A DNA stretch of 64,000 nt from Octopus vulgaris (Eukaryota): the NCBI GenBank assembly GCA_951406725.2, contig OX597815.1:71548001-71612000 (forward strand), in the 5' to 3' direction. The notes below the pieces were generated by a model that was not told the origin of the DNA, made no database searches, and saw only the letters and a list, made by a program, of their open reading frames with translations. Both the position numbers and the translations under genes were made by a program. Numbering within the stretch: the stretch's first letter is position 1; each line of letters begins with the position of its first letter. This document shows positions 49,901 through 62,185 of this stretch, piece after piece.

Positions 49901-51360
49901 AGAATGCTGTTGTGCACCTTACTTAGAATTATAAATTAAATAGCTAAAAACAAAGTTCCAAATTATGATCTTTGTGAACAGCAATGCAACAATTTAATGA
50001 AGGAGGCCTAGAGTAAATCTAATCAGTAAAACTTGTAACATCAGTTGATTGAAGCTTGAAGCAAAACTTATGATTTATACAAACTTTAGATGCCTGGCTT
50101 GGTCAAGATGGACATCAGTTTAAATTCCATTGACATTACCAATATGGTATTAATTAACACTCCCCCACCACACACACACACATATGGTAATGAATGTATT
50201 CAGCTGTATTCATGCTTTATTATTATAAATGATGTTGCTGTCGTTGTTGTGAATTATGCAAGAAATAATTAATTGGATATTATGCATGTAATAATGAATC
50301 AGACTATTAACCTTATTTTGTGAGTTATGGTTAATCACTTTTAATTACACATTGTTTTAAAGTGTAGAATCTCAGTCTGTTGTTACAATAACTATTTCTT
50401 GAAATACAAACAGTTCCTAAGGATCTTTATTGGTGAGAGGGGGAAAAATTAGAAAGAAAGAAAGAAACAGGATAGTAGAGAGAAATAAAGAAAGAAAAAG
50501 TATGTAAAAATATGTAATGTTTTATGAATTTTGGCAATTTAATGATTCTGCAGAGATAAAAATAGAAGTTGTAGGCAAATCAGTTTCTGGCAATTTGAAA
50601 GTTAAATTTCTGAATAGAAATATAATTATTTCTCATAATAATATGATCTAATGAGATTGTATCTTATAATAAGGTTTACTTTTTCCTCAATGAAATACAA
50701 TTTAGTTTCATTGTGTGTGTGTGTGTTTCTACAGACATGCGTAAAAGTATTCAATGTATAAAATAGTTAATATCTCTATATAATAATAGCCAATATAAAT
50801 ATTGCTTGCTTGCTTTCTTCTGTCACACTTTACATGGTATAGAGAGAAGGGGAGAGACCGAGAGAGTAAAAGAGAGATACATAGAGAATTAACACAGGGG
50901 GTGCAGAATGAGTGCACATACTCTATTGGCATAGAAGTAAAAGAAGCACACACACATAGTGAAAAGGAAAGAAATATATAGGAGGAGGAGGAAAAGAAAG
51001 AATAAATGACAGAGTAATTACAGGAGTTGTACAAATGAGAAATAAGGAGTCATTCTCCTTTTGCAAAATACAACAGAAATAAGCATATTCAAGTTCAAAT
51101 CTACCAGAATGTATTAATGAATATGTACATTATTGCTTGATTTTATTTAATTTTATTTTAAGTTAATAAATTATTTTTCTTTTGAAGAATTTATTCCATC
51201 ATTTTGTATACACACCAAAAACATTTTTATAAAAGTGAAATTACAATTATTAGATGTAAGCCATATTTACTCATATTACTCACGGTGGCAGAGGTATACT
51301 TCCAAAGTTACCCATTATATGATGAGTAATATTCTCGTCATAGTAATAACAGTAATATCA

Positions 51361-51629
51361 ATTACAAATTTTTGGCACAAGGCTAGCAATTTCAGAATAG
51401 TGGGTAAGTAGATTGCACTAACCCCCCACCCCTACCCCAGTACTCAACTGGTACTTATTTTCTCAACCCTGAAAGGATGAAAGACAAAGTTGACTTTGGT
51501 GGAATCTTGAACTCAGAATGTGAAGACAGATGAAATGCTGCTAAGCATTTTGCCTGGCTTGCTAACAACTCTGCTAGCTTGTGGCCTTTTTAAAAGGACC
51601 CAAGCATTTCGAGCTCACCAGGAGACAAA
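51361..51629 (-). mobile_element. SINE-B insertion with a 19-bp target-site duplication
   Basis: agtaataacagtaatatca at 51342-51360 and 51630-51648 flanks the SINE-B reverse complement. Confidence 0.88.
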
Positions 51630-52512
51630 AGTAATAACAGTAATATCAGTCAAAGAAATTGACTTTTCCTAATTTGTGTCGCTGTCATGCAAGCAGTGTC
51701 ATTTATTTCCAATATTCTGAGGAAATGTGTCTGACAATGAAGAACAGGTGGGAGAGGTGACTGGAAAAGCTAAAGAAGATCTGTCTCTCTAAATTTCGTC
51801 CAGTCCCTGCAACATGGAAAATGGATATTGAAACAATAATGATAATGATGATGGTGAGAAAGATAGATATGTGCTTACGTTTTCTCTCTCTCTCTCCCTC
51901 TCTCTCCCAGACACACACACACACAGAGAACATTAATTAAAAGAATTAAAATTACTGACTAGCTATATAGCTGAATTGACACATTATTCATGTATGCATA
52001 AAAGGTGTGTATGTACATGTATGTATGTATGTATGTATGTATATATATATATGAAAGGACTCCCACATTTGAATTCAGGAGTTTATACAGATTCGAACAC
52101 AAAACAGGAGATTGTTCCATTGTATTATTATTGTTGTTGTTGTTGTATTGTCACAGGAGAGAGGTGTGCATCTTAGTAGTATTATGGGCCTTCTTAATCC
52201 TTTCATGATCCGTTTAATTAACCACTGTGAAGAAACAAAAAGATTTTCAAAACAAAAGCAAAAAAATTCTTGTTAATTGGTAACTTCCATATAAAGATGA
52301 TAAACGTGTGCAAGGAGGTGACTTGATATCAGTGAATCATTATAGAAAGACTAGACTGTGAAAATCCATTCAGACATGCAAACATTTAATTTTCCTTGAT
52401 AAAAAGATTCCAAGACTTCATGACAAAGATTTGCAAGACTTATGCATGATGTTAGTTTTGTAGAAACCAGAAGTAACAGAAGCTCTAAAGAAACAAGTAG
52501 AATGGTCATTAA

Positions 52513-52549
<37 letters not shown>

Positions 52550-52552
<3 letters not shown>

Positions 52553-53395
52553 TCATCATCATCATCGTTATTTAACGTCCGGTTTCCATGCTGGAATGGG
52601 TTGGATGATTTGACTGAGGACTGGCAAACCAGTGCTAACGTTTCTGCTAGCTCGCCTCCTTATCCTATCTTCCCTTCTGGCAGTCTGATACAATTCCCTG
52701 CTACCACCATTCTTCCAGTCCTTCCAAACCTATTTCTTTTCTCTAATAGCCCTGTCAACAACATTGTTTCACCACCATGTTATTTTGGGTCGAGAGGGAA
52801 CTTTGCACCATCTGCAGATCTGGTCAGTGGCCTCAGCAGGTTGTCCCATAGAAACCTCCAGTTGTCTTCCCCATTGTGTGAAGCTATATCCCCTTCTATT
52901 TCGTTAAAGGCTTCAAGTAATATGTCTCTAAATCTCTGTCCATTTGCAGGATCTTTAAGCTTCCAGGCCCTTCTCCGCCATGTTGGTAAACCGTAGCTTC
53001 CATGTATGCCATGGAAGCCTCCTGTATGTTGTCCAACATGTCCATTGAAGTCACCAGTCACAAAGAGAAGGTCCCTGTCATTCGTCAACGAGGTAGACTG
53101 CAAGAGGGTGTCATAAAATCTGTCTTTCTGTCCATCAGGTAGCCCCGGTTGAGGGGCATAGGCCAAGACAGTGGTTGCTAACCCATGATGACGCACTAAT
53201 CTAATCTTAAGTATTCTGTCGCATACTCTGACTACCTAGATTGCCTTATCAACCCATTTTCCACAAGAAGTATTCCTGCACCCCCCCCCCATCCCATCAG
53301 TGTTCCCTGCCCTGAAAAATCTTGTACCTGTGTTCTTTGCTTGTGAGGAACCTAGTGGAACCTCCTCTCCACCTTACTTTTTGGAGGCAGCACAA
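52550..53395 (-). pseudogene. Rearranged older RTE LINE fragment (APE endonuclease region plus 3' tail)
   Basis: Minus strand encodes AYAPQ...KDRFYDTL...GDFNGHVG and upstream VRWRGG..VVRVCDRILKIRLV with frameshifts and an internal deletion; (CAT)n tail at 52550. Confidence 0.9.
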
Positions 53396-53418
53396 ATTTA
53401 TATATATATATATATATA

Positions 53419-55681
53419 TTGGGAATTCCTACGGGACAGCTTGTTGAGTGCCACAGACCAAGTTTGTGGATGGTGCAAAGTCCCTTCCAGACCTAGAATT
53501 ACGTGGTGGTGGAATAGTGCAGTAGATAAAGCCATCTGTGAAAAGAGACGGGCCTGGAAAGCCTGGAAGGATGGGGGCAGCAGGGAACTGTACCAGATAG
53601 CCAAAAGGGAGGCTGGGCGGCAGGTATACATTGCCAAAGATGTAGCAGAAAAGAAGAAGTTTGCCAATGTCCAGCGTCGCGAGGATCAAAGAGCTGAAGT
53701 ATTTCGGATTGCCAGACAGTGTGTCAGAGAAAATAGCGATGTTATAGGAGAGAAATGTGTCCGCATGGATGATGGGGCACTTGCTTTTACTACTAGTGAA
53801 AAGAAAGAGGCTTGGAGAAGCCATTATGAAAGACTGCTGAATGAGGAGAATGAATGGGAGGAGGAGAGCCTGCCAAATGTTGACCCAGTAGAGGGACCAG
53901 CTACCCGAATAGACAGCTCCCTTGTAGATAAGGCAATTAAGAATATGAAACCAGGCAAAGCCCCTGGCCTATCAGGAATCACTGCTGAGATGCTTAAAAC
54001 AGCTGGCTATGTGGGCCATGCCATAGTCACCCGCATTGTAAACCAGGTAGTTCACAATGGAGCCATACCCAATGACTGGTGCAGCAGTACCATAGTCAAC
54101 TGCTACAAGGGTAAGGGTGATGCTCTAGATAGAAATAACTACAGAGGTATCAAACTGTTGGACCAGGTGATGAAGGTCTCAGAGAAGGTCATAACCAATC
54201 TCATTAGGGAGAGAATTTGTTTAGATGAAATGCAGTTCGGTTTTGTACCAGGTAGAAGCACCACTGATGCTATATTCCTGGTCCGACAACTGCAGGAGAA
54301 GTACCTAGCTAAAGATAAACCCCTCTACATAGCTTTTGTAGACTTGGAGAAAGCCTTTGACAGGGTTCCCCGTTCCCTTATCTGGTGGTCGATGCGGAAA
54401 CTGGAGATTGAAGAATGGCTAATAAGGGCTGTACAGGCTCTATACAGAGAGGCTGTTAGCAAGGTTAGGATTGGCAACGAATATAGTGAAGAATTCCGAG
54501 TAGAAGTAGGTGTGCACCAGGGCTCAGCCCTCAGTCCCCTTTTATTCATCATAGTCCTTCAGGCAATAACAGAGGAATTCAAAACGGGATGCCCCTGGGA
54601 GCTCCTCTATGCCGATGACCTAGCTCTCATAGCAGAATCACTACCGGAACTAGAAGAGAAATTTCGGGTGTGGAAGCAAGGGTTGGAATCAAAGGGCCTT
54701 AGAATAAATGTAGCAAAGACCAAAGTATTAGTAAGCAGCAAGAGGTACTCAACACACATCCCCTCGGGTAGGTGGCCCTGCTCAACCTGTAGGAAAGGTA
54801 CTGGTAGAAACTCCATAAGATGCACCCAATGTAAGTTATGGACACATAAGAGGTGCAGCAACATTAAAGGGAAATTAACAGATAAGATAGCTTTCATGTG
54901 CGGCAGATGCACAGGGACAATAGACACAACAGACACTCAGAAAACAGATTCCATCACACTCCAGGGAGAGAAACTAGAAGTAGTTGATAGTTTCCGCTAC
55001 CTGGGAGACCAAGTTAGTAGCGGAGGTGGATGCACAGAGAGTATCACCACTAGAATACGAATAGCCTGGGCAAAGTTCAGAAAGCTCCTACCCCTACTGG
55101 CAACAAAAGGCCTCTCCCTCAGAGCAAAAGGTAGATTGTATGATGCATGTGTGCGAACTGCCATGCTTCACGGTAATGAAACATGGCCTGTGACTGCAGA
55201 AGACATGCGTAGACTTGAAAGAAATGAAGCTAGCATGATCCGCTGGATGTGTAGTGTCAGTGTGCACGCAAAACAGAGTGTAAGTATCCTGAGAGAAATG
55301 CTGGATATAAGAAGCATCAGATGTGGTGTGCAAGAGCGATGCTTGCGATGGTATGGTCATGTGCTGCGGATGGATGAAGAGAGATGTGTGAAGAAGTGCC
55401 ACTCCCAAACAGTTGAAGGTATCAGGGGGAGAGGTAGACCCAGGAAGACATGGGATGAGGTGGTCAAGCATGACCTCAGAGCATTGGGCCTCACTGAGGC
55501 AATGGCGAAGGACCGAGATCTCTGGAGATATGCTGTGACTACAAAGACCCGGGCTGCTTTCTGCAGCAATTCCACATACCCCCTACCCATTCTAAGTACC
55601 CCGGATCCCCAAAGTACCCTGGATCCCCAAAGTACCCCGATCCCCAAAGTACCCCGGACCTCGTTGCCCCCGTGCCGCTGA
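53419..55681 (+). CDS. RTE non-LTR retrotransposon reverse transcriptase (partial; endonuclease and native start missing) with an internal PHD-type finger
   Basis: KAPG, NYRGIKLL, QFGFVPGRSTTDAI, AFVDLEKAFDRVPR, GVHQGSALSPLLF, LYADD (54608-54619), GLRINVAKTK, FRYLG, LRWYGHVLRM, RGRGRPRKTW. Confidence 0.95.
55594..55659 (+). repeat. 18-bp tandem repeat, about 4 copies, at the end of the RTE ORF
   Basis: aagtaccc(c/t)ggatcccca units. Confidence 0.9.
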
Positions 55682-56214
55682 CACGTTAAAATGCTCGAAC
55701 CGATCGTGACGATGCCGGACCCTCTGGCCCCTGTGCAGGTGGCACGTAAAAAGCACCCAATCCACTCACGGAGTGGTTGGCGTTAGGAAGGGCATCCAGC
55801 CGTAGAAACTCTGCCAGATTCAGACTGGAGCCTGGAGCGGCCCCTGGCTTCCCAGACCCGGTCAAACCGTCCAACCCGTGCTAGCGCGGAAAGCGGACGT
55901 TAAACGATGATGATGATGATGATGATGATGATATATATAAAGATATGAGAGTAGTAACTATACTAACATGTAAAGTTAATTACCACATCAATATGGTTGT
56001 TCAATGTTACTACTGTTTTAACCTCAGGCAGATCTTCCACCAGCTGGTTGTAGGTGTAGCCTGCACCCTGTATATATTGCAATCAGGGGAGTGAAGCCCT
56101 GCCATCCTCCAGCAGAAATCAGGATTGCGAGACTGACTCATTTTCAAGCTAGTTTTGTTCATAATCAGTTGCAAACACCTGGTCACCATATATATATATA
56201 TATATATATATATA

Positions 56215-56428
56215 TCTTTTATTCTTTGACTTGTTTCAGTCATTTGACTGCAGCCATGCTGGAGCACCACCTTGAAGGGTTTTGGTCAAACAAATCAACC
56301 TCTGGACTTATTTCTGAAGTTGAGTACTTAATTTATCATTTTCTTTTGCTGAACTGCTAAGTTACCAGGACATAAACACACCAACACCAGTTGTCAAATG
56401 GTGATGGAGAGTAAGCACAGACACAGAA

Positions 56429-56492
<64 letters not shown>

Positions 56493-56612
56493 CAACAGGC
56501 TTCTTTCAGCTTCCATCTACCAAATCCACTCACAAGACTTTGGTTGGCCTCGAGGTTATTGTAGAAGACACTTGCCCAAAGTGCCATGCAGAAGGACTGA
56601 ACCTGGAACCAT
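56215..56612 (-). mobile_element. SINE family A with an expanded internal (TA)n
   Basis: cttgtttcagtcatttgactgcagccatgctggagcacc ... ggactgaacctggaaccat. Confidence 0.9.
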
Positions 56613-56621
56613 AGACAAGTA

Positions 56622-56930
56622 TGGAGGTGCATGGCCTAGTGGTTAGGGTATTGCACTCACTATCATAGAATCATTGTTTCAATTCCTGGACTGGGCAGTG
56701 GATTGTGTTCTTCAGCAAAACACTTCATTTCACATTGCTCTGCTATCACTTCAACATCTGATGTGTGGCATACCATGCACCTGTACAAACAATATGGATT
56801 TGATGGAAGGAATGAGCTTAATGTATAGTATAAACATTTTATCCCTTTAAAAACAAATGATCTGTGAAGATTGTTCAGCAAGAAGTTACAGAGCCCTGAT
56901 CATCGTCTATGACAGGAAGGTCCACAGTTA
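56622..56930 (+). mobile_element. Third tRNA-derived SINE type (family C)
   Basis: A-box tggcctagtggttagg, B-box-like gtttcaattcc, then tgtgttcttcagcaaaacacttcatttcacattgctc; related pieces near 39960-40080 and 8471-8500. Confidence 0.75.
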
Positions 56931-56944
56931 TATATACATACACA

Positions 56945-57415
56945 TAGAAGGTGGTATCAAAAGGTTCCCAGACTAGTAAGGTTTAATAAAAATTAACTTA
57001 TTTACCTAAATTTTAACATCATCCCCTTCAAAATAGTCACCTTGCACAGCAATACACTAGTCCCAGTTTTCCTGTGACTTTTGGAATCCAGCCTGAAAGT
57101 CATTTTCCATAAGCAAGTCAAGGACCTTCTGTAATTCACTCTGTATCTCAACGATGATGTTAAAACAGTGATCTTTTAGCTGCATTTCCATTTTGGGGTG
57201 CTAAATCTGACGAATAGGGTGGGTGCAGATGCAATACCATGTTTTTGGGGAAAAACTCACAAGTGAGGAGAGCTCAATGAAGAGTCCAATCCTTTGCGCT
57301 CCACAGATCGAGTCACTTTTGCTTGGTGTCCTTCTTCAAATTCTTCAAAATGTTGCAGTAGAACTCTCAATTGATGATCTGGCACTGGGGGACAAATTCT
57401 CAATACACAATACCA
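56945..57415 (-). pseudogene. mariner (Tc1/mariner) transposase 3' remnant with one terminal repeat
   Basis: Minus strand translates GIVY*EFVP...FYCNILKNL...HPPYSSDLAP...EIQSELQKVLDLLMENDFQAGFQK...CIAVQGDYFEGD (YSPDLAP and GDYFE motifs). Confidence 0.9.
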
Positions 57416-57435
57416 CATTTCCTCATATATATAAG

Positions 57436-57915
57436 CACAAGCATAGCTGTGTGATTAAGAAGTTTACTTCCCAACCATGCGGTTTGAGGTTCAGTCCCAC
57501 TGTGTGGAACATTGGGCAAGTGTCTTCTATTCTAGCACCAGGTCAGCCAAAGCTTTGTGAATGGATTTGATAGATGTGCATGTGTGTGCACATTTGTCTT
57601 TCCTTGCATTCACTTATTTATTGACAATGGCTTCCTGTCAGTATCATCTGCTTGCAGTCAACCATGAAAGCATGTCTGGGCTTCCTGATATGTCTTGATA
57701 TGTTGCTCAGTCTTTGTAAACAAAGGGCTCGTTCAGGCAGTGTTATTTGTTTCCAGTTCTCTACACATAACATGCCTAAACAGTTTGATGTTTGAAATAC
57801 TGCAAGAAATGAGGAGAGTGATGACAGGAAAAGTATCCAGCCATAGAAACTCTCTCATAACACACTCTCATTTAACCCCAGCAAGCATTAAAAAGTTGAT
57901 GTTAAAACAATGATT
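57436..57915 (+). mobile_element. SINE-A head with an RTE-like tail, degraded
   Basis: aggttcagtcccactgtgtggaacattgggcaagtgtcttcta...; tail gacaggaaaagtatccagccatagaaac...gttaaaacaatgat. Confidence 0.65.
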
Positions 57916-58131
57916 ATATACATTTAAAAATATACATGTATGTATTAAATGTGCACTGAAGCAGTCAATCAGCATTTAGAACACATCATGGTGAATTTAT
58001 CATATACAAAGAATGCTTATGCAAACATTGACTGTAATACTATGATAAACTCCATTTGTTTTAATAAAACATTTTCAGTCAAGTCAGAGCTTGGAAGGTG
58101 ACTTAACATATTGGAATCAATTTGGTTAGTC

Positions 58132-58197
<66 letters not shown>

Positions 58198-58586
58198 GAA
58201 CAGGTATCACTGTGGTTTAAAAGTTTACTTTAGAATCACCTGGTTAGGAGTTTAGTTCCACTCTATGAACATTGTTGGTTAATGTTCCATAATACAACCA
58301 CAGGTCATGAAATGTACTGAGTCACAATGAATGAGTGGGTAGAGAGTCTAGTACAGGCACTGATGGTGGGACCAAGATGGAGAAAGGGTTGTGGAAGAGT
58401 AGAAAGTTATGAGTGAAATTGGTAGACAGAAGCTGAAGAAGCCTGTCATGCTCGTGTGTGTGTGTTCATCATTGCCCTTACTAACTGTAAACAAACAGTG
58501 ACCTTGTTATCAATACAAGCAATGTCATTTATTTCCTGTTTACTGTGTTACTATGTGTGGGTTGTTCATTGATTGATAGACTAGAT

Positions 58587-58858
58587 CAGTGGTTCCTAAC
58601 CATTTTTGCCTTTGGACTGCTTTGATTCCTATTTTAAAGTCGCTGGTGTCAGGAAGGGCACCTAGCTGTAGCTGGTCAGCTCCTGTCAAACTGTCCAACC
58701 CATGCCAGCATGGAGGACAGACATTAAATGATGATGATGATGATCTTACTAGGAATTGTATAAAAAAGGTTTATTTTGTGCATTGTAGAAATATAATCAG
58801 ATTATTGTACATAAATTTTAACAACAAATTTTATATGGACCCCAGTTGAAAACCACTG
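58587..58858. mobile_element. hAT (Charlie-like) MITE with a nested RTE tail fragment
   Basis: TIR cagtggtt/aaccactg; 8-bp TSD gactagat/gactaaat (7 of 8 match); RTE tail at about 58643-58743 inside. Confidence 0.85.
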
Positions 58859-59339
58859 GACTAAATTATTACCTTACCTGGTAACTGGTGAGGGTTGGTG
58901 ACAGAATGGCCATCCAGCAATAGAAGATCTGCTTCAACAAATTTCATTCATGTAACCATAGAACACTAAACATTAAAAAAGTAACAATATATATTCATAT
59001 ATAATGGACTCTCCCATTGATTTTAACAGACCTAAGTTCACCACAAGCCCTAGGACTCATAAGGCTGGAGCCTATTGGATCACCATCCTAGAATGCTGGT
59101 GATTTAATAAGAAGAGCTAACTTGATTTCAATTCTAACTGCAAGTTTTACTGAAGCAAATAACATGGAAATGGACTGGGTTCTATAATTTCTGATTAATC
59201 ATGTGATATAGAATGACAGTTACTTTGCTACTTTGTTTTTTTATTCTTTTTAGTGATTCCATATTTATGTAGCACAAATATTTCATTGGCAAATAGGTCT
59301 CTGGTTTTTTTATAAAGGATTTCTAGATTCCTGTGAACA

Positions 59340-59378
<39 letters not shown>

Positions 59379-60835
59379 CATCATTATTATTAACATTGTG
59401 TAATGATAGCAAAAATGAGAGACGAATATTTAAGTGATATAGAATATACAACTTATTCTTCCCATTTTTGGAGAGGAATTGATTAGTGGTGAATAATGAA
59501 TAGTATTGAATAATTCAGGGCAATACATACTCAGAGATACTCAGACACACAGACACAAACACACATATATATTCTCTTTCTCTCTAATACACACACGCAC
59601 GCACTCACAGACATACATGCTTAGATACACCAATACACTTCAGCATCAATTTTTCCATGGTAGCATTGAACGGATGGTTTTCCAAATTTGAATATTTACA
59701 GGAATTGCTGAAGCTGGCATTTCATGGTTGGATGTCCTTTCTAACGCTACTCATTCAACCATGAAATGAAAATGGTAAATATTTTCAGCTAGTTTCACTG
59801 TGGCAAGAAATCCTGTCTTTGTCTATGAGCACAAATCAATGCTTGTAGCCAGATATGAACTTGTGACCTAGATGCAAGTACCTCAATAGCCTTTGCCAAA
59901 TTCAATTATTTACTTTATTTCCTATATCAACTGAAGGAAACAAATATTCTATAGTTATTCATTAAACCAATTTGGTAAACATTGTAGAATAGGGCCTGAC
60001 AATGGCAGTATATCCAAGGTCAGTTTTGCTTTTCATCCCTTCAGGCTTGATAAAATAAAGTACCAGTTAATTACTGGGGTTGATGTAATCAGTTTGCCCC
60101 TCCTTTCAAAAATTGCTGGCCTTGAATCCTGCTATTTCGACTGGCATCCTTTTCAAGGAATATGCTGTGATCTCGATCACTTACATGCCATGAAAACTGG
60201 GTAACTGACTTTGAGTCCTGGGATTCAAGGAAAAAGAATAGAAATGACCATATATATAAATATAGCAGCAATAGAAGTGTTCGGCAAACATAGAAGATAA
60301 ATCCAGTGGCTGGTTTCAAAATTTTGTTAAAGATGTTTCATATCATATACACAACTTCAGCTCTTGGTAAAACCATATGTGTCACACAAAACCCTGGGCT
60401 AATAAACATAAATAAATCAATATTTGTAATCTGTCTCTTCTGGTTACTATAACAACAGCTTCTACTCCTCTGAATTAGTCATCTGCACATCCATCGTCCT
60501 CTGGGTTTCCCACCTCATCCTCAGTGCCTGTACTAAACATTCTCCTTAATCATTCATTTCTCTTCAGGGCTGTAACTTTCTGAAATTACCTTCCTGGCCA
60601 TATTTTTGCTACAAGTGCAGCTCTACAGAAGTTGAAAACTGTACATCAGCACCACTTGCATCTCACAAATTTGTATGTAAAAATCTGCAAATTCTTGGCT
60701 ATCACTTCCTCTTCTCCTGAAATAAAAGTAAAATTACTGTCCTATCTAGCTGAGAACAACTGGGAGCATTATATCAGTCATGTGTATGTGTGTGGCACTA
60801 ATTTGTTTATATTGTTACTAAATAATGTCAACATG

Positions 60836-61215
60836 GCACAGGCATAGCTGTATAGTAGGAAGTTTTGCTTCCCACCTACATAGTTCCAGGTTCAGTCCCA
60901 CTACATGGCACCTTGTGCAAGTGTCTTCTATAGCCTTGGGCTGACTAAAGCCTTGTGAGTGGATTTGGCAGAAAGAAACTGAAAGAAGCTTGTCATATGT
61001 ATGTGAGTCTTTGAGTATGTCTATCCCCCACCACTGCTTGACGACCGGTGCTTTGTTGTGTTTACATCTGTATAACTTAACAGTTCGGCAAAAGAGACCA
61101 ATTGAATAAGTACCAGGCTTTACAAAAAAAAAAAAGTACTAGGGTTGATTCATTTGGCTAAAATCCATCAAGGCGATGCCCCAGCATGGCTGCAGTCTAA
61201 TCACTGAAACAAGAC
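60836..61215 (+). mobile_element. SINE family A, full-length
   Basis: aggttcagtcccactacatggcaccttgtgcaagtgtcttcta ... ccccagcatggctgcagtctaatcactgaaacaag. Confidence 0.9.
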
Positions 61216-61749
61216 AGGAAAAAAAAAAACAGATAGAAACATTGATGCCTCAACAGTACTTCCTAAAACTTTTGGAGCACAAATATATGTGTCTGAGTGA
61301 AGTAGCTCAAGAGCACTGCTGGTAACATGTAAGCCAGTACAACTTGTTGTACAGTCAGGTAGTCAGCAACTGAAGCATCACCAGGCTAACCTGTTACAGA
61401 ACACGGCTAGTGATCCACTAGGATAGAAACAACACTTGCCAAAGGACAGGTGGACCCACCATAGGGTCAACAACCATCCTGCAATAACATAAATGACTTA
61501 GAAAATTCAGCATGCCATAAAATCAGTGAAAGTGAGGCTTCTGATAGCTGCTGATAAAGCAATTTTCTAGGAGAAAGTTACCCTAAAATAAAGCTAGCAG
61601 TGTTATTTGGGGTCATTATGACATGTGATGCATCATTTTCCTACTGTCAGTTTCTCTAATTTGTGTTGCTGCTCTTGCATGGATAGACTAATAATGGTTT
61701 AATATGATTTTCTACTGAACTGTTGGACCAACATACTATTATTACTATT

Positions 61750-62185
61750 AAGGTGTAAACCAGTGAACTAGCAGGATTGTTAGCATGCCAGACAAAATGC
61801 TTAGTGGCATTTAGTCCATCCTCATGTTCTGAGTTCCACCAAGGTCAACCTTGACGTTCACCTTTCTGGGTCAATAAAATAAGTACCGTTGAGCACTGAC
61901 GTCAATGTAATTGACTGGACCCCACCCCCAAAATTGCTGGCCTTGAGCCAAAATTTGAAACCATTATTATTATTATTATTATTATTAAGGTGGCAAACTG
62001 GAAGAATTGTTAGTACACTAGTGGCATTTCATCTGTCTTAAGGTTCTGAGTTCAAATTCTGCCAAGGTTGACTTTGCCTTTCATCCTTTTGGGCTCAATA
62101 AAATAAGTGCTAGTTGAACACTAGGGTCGATGCAATCGACTTAACCTCTCCCCGAAACTGCTGGCCTTGTGCCAAAATTTGAAAT
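61750..62185 (+). mobile_element. Two head-to-tail SINE-B copies in (TAT)n
   Basis: Copies at about 61750-61965 and 61988-62185. Confidence 0.88.

Larger units (their letters stand above)
53419..55930 (+). mobile_element. Young 5'-truncated RTE-clade LINE
   Basis: Uninterrupted RT frame, higher GC and retained CpGs, structured 3' UTR, (GAT)n tail, (TA)n on both flanks. Confidence 0.96.

Noticed and set aside
53300-53418. First 40 aa of the 793-aa ORF as a genuine N-terminus
   Set aside because: It is the antisense of the neighbouring older RTE plus a (TA)n run (IYIYIYIY) and starts at GTG; an accidental in-frame extension
52630-55930. A single LINE with a twin-priming 5' inversion
   Set aside because: The two parts overlap in homologous sequence, are clearly diverged from each other and differ in decay, so they are separate insertions
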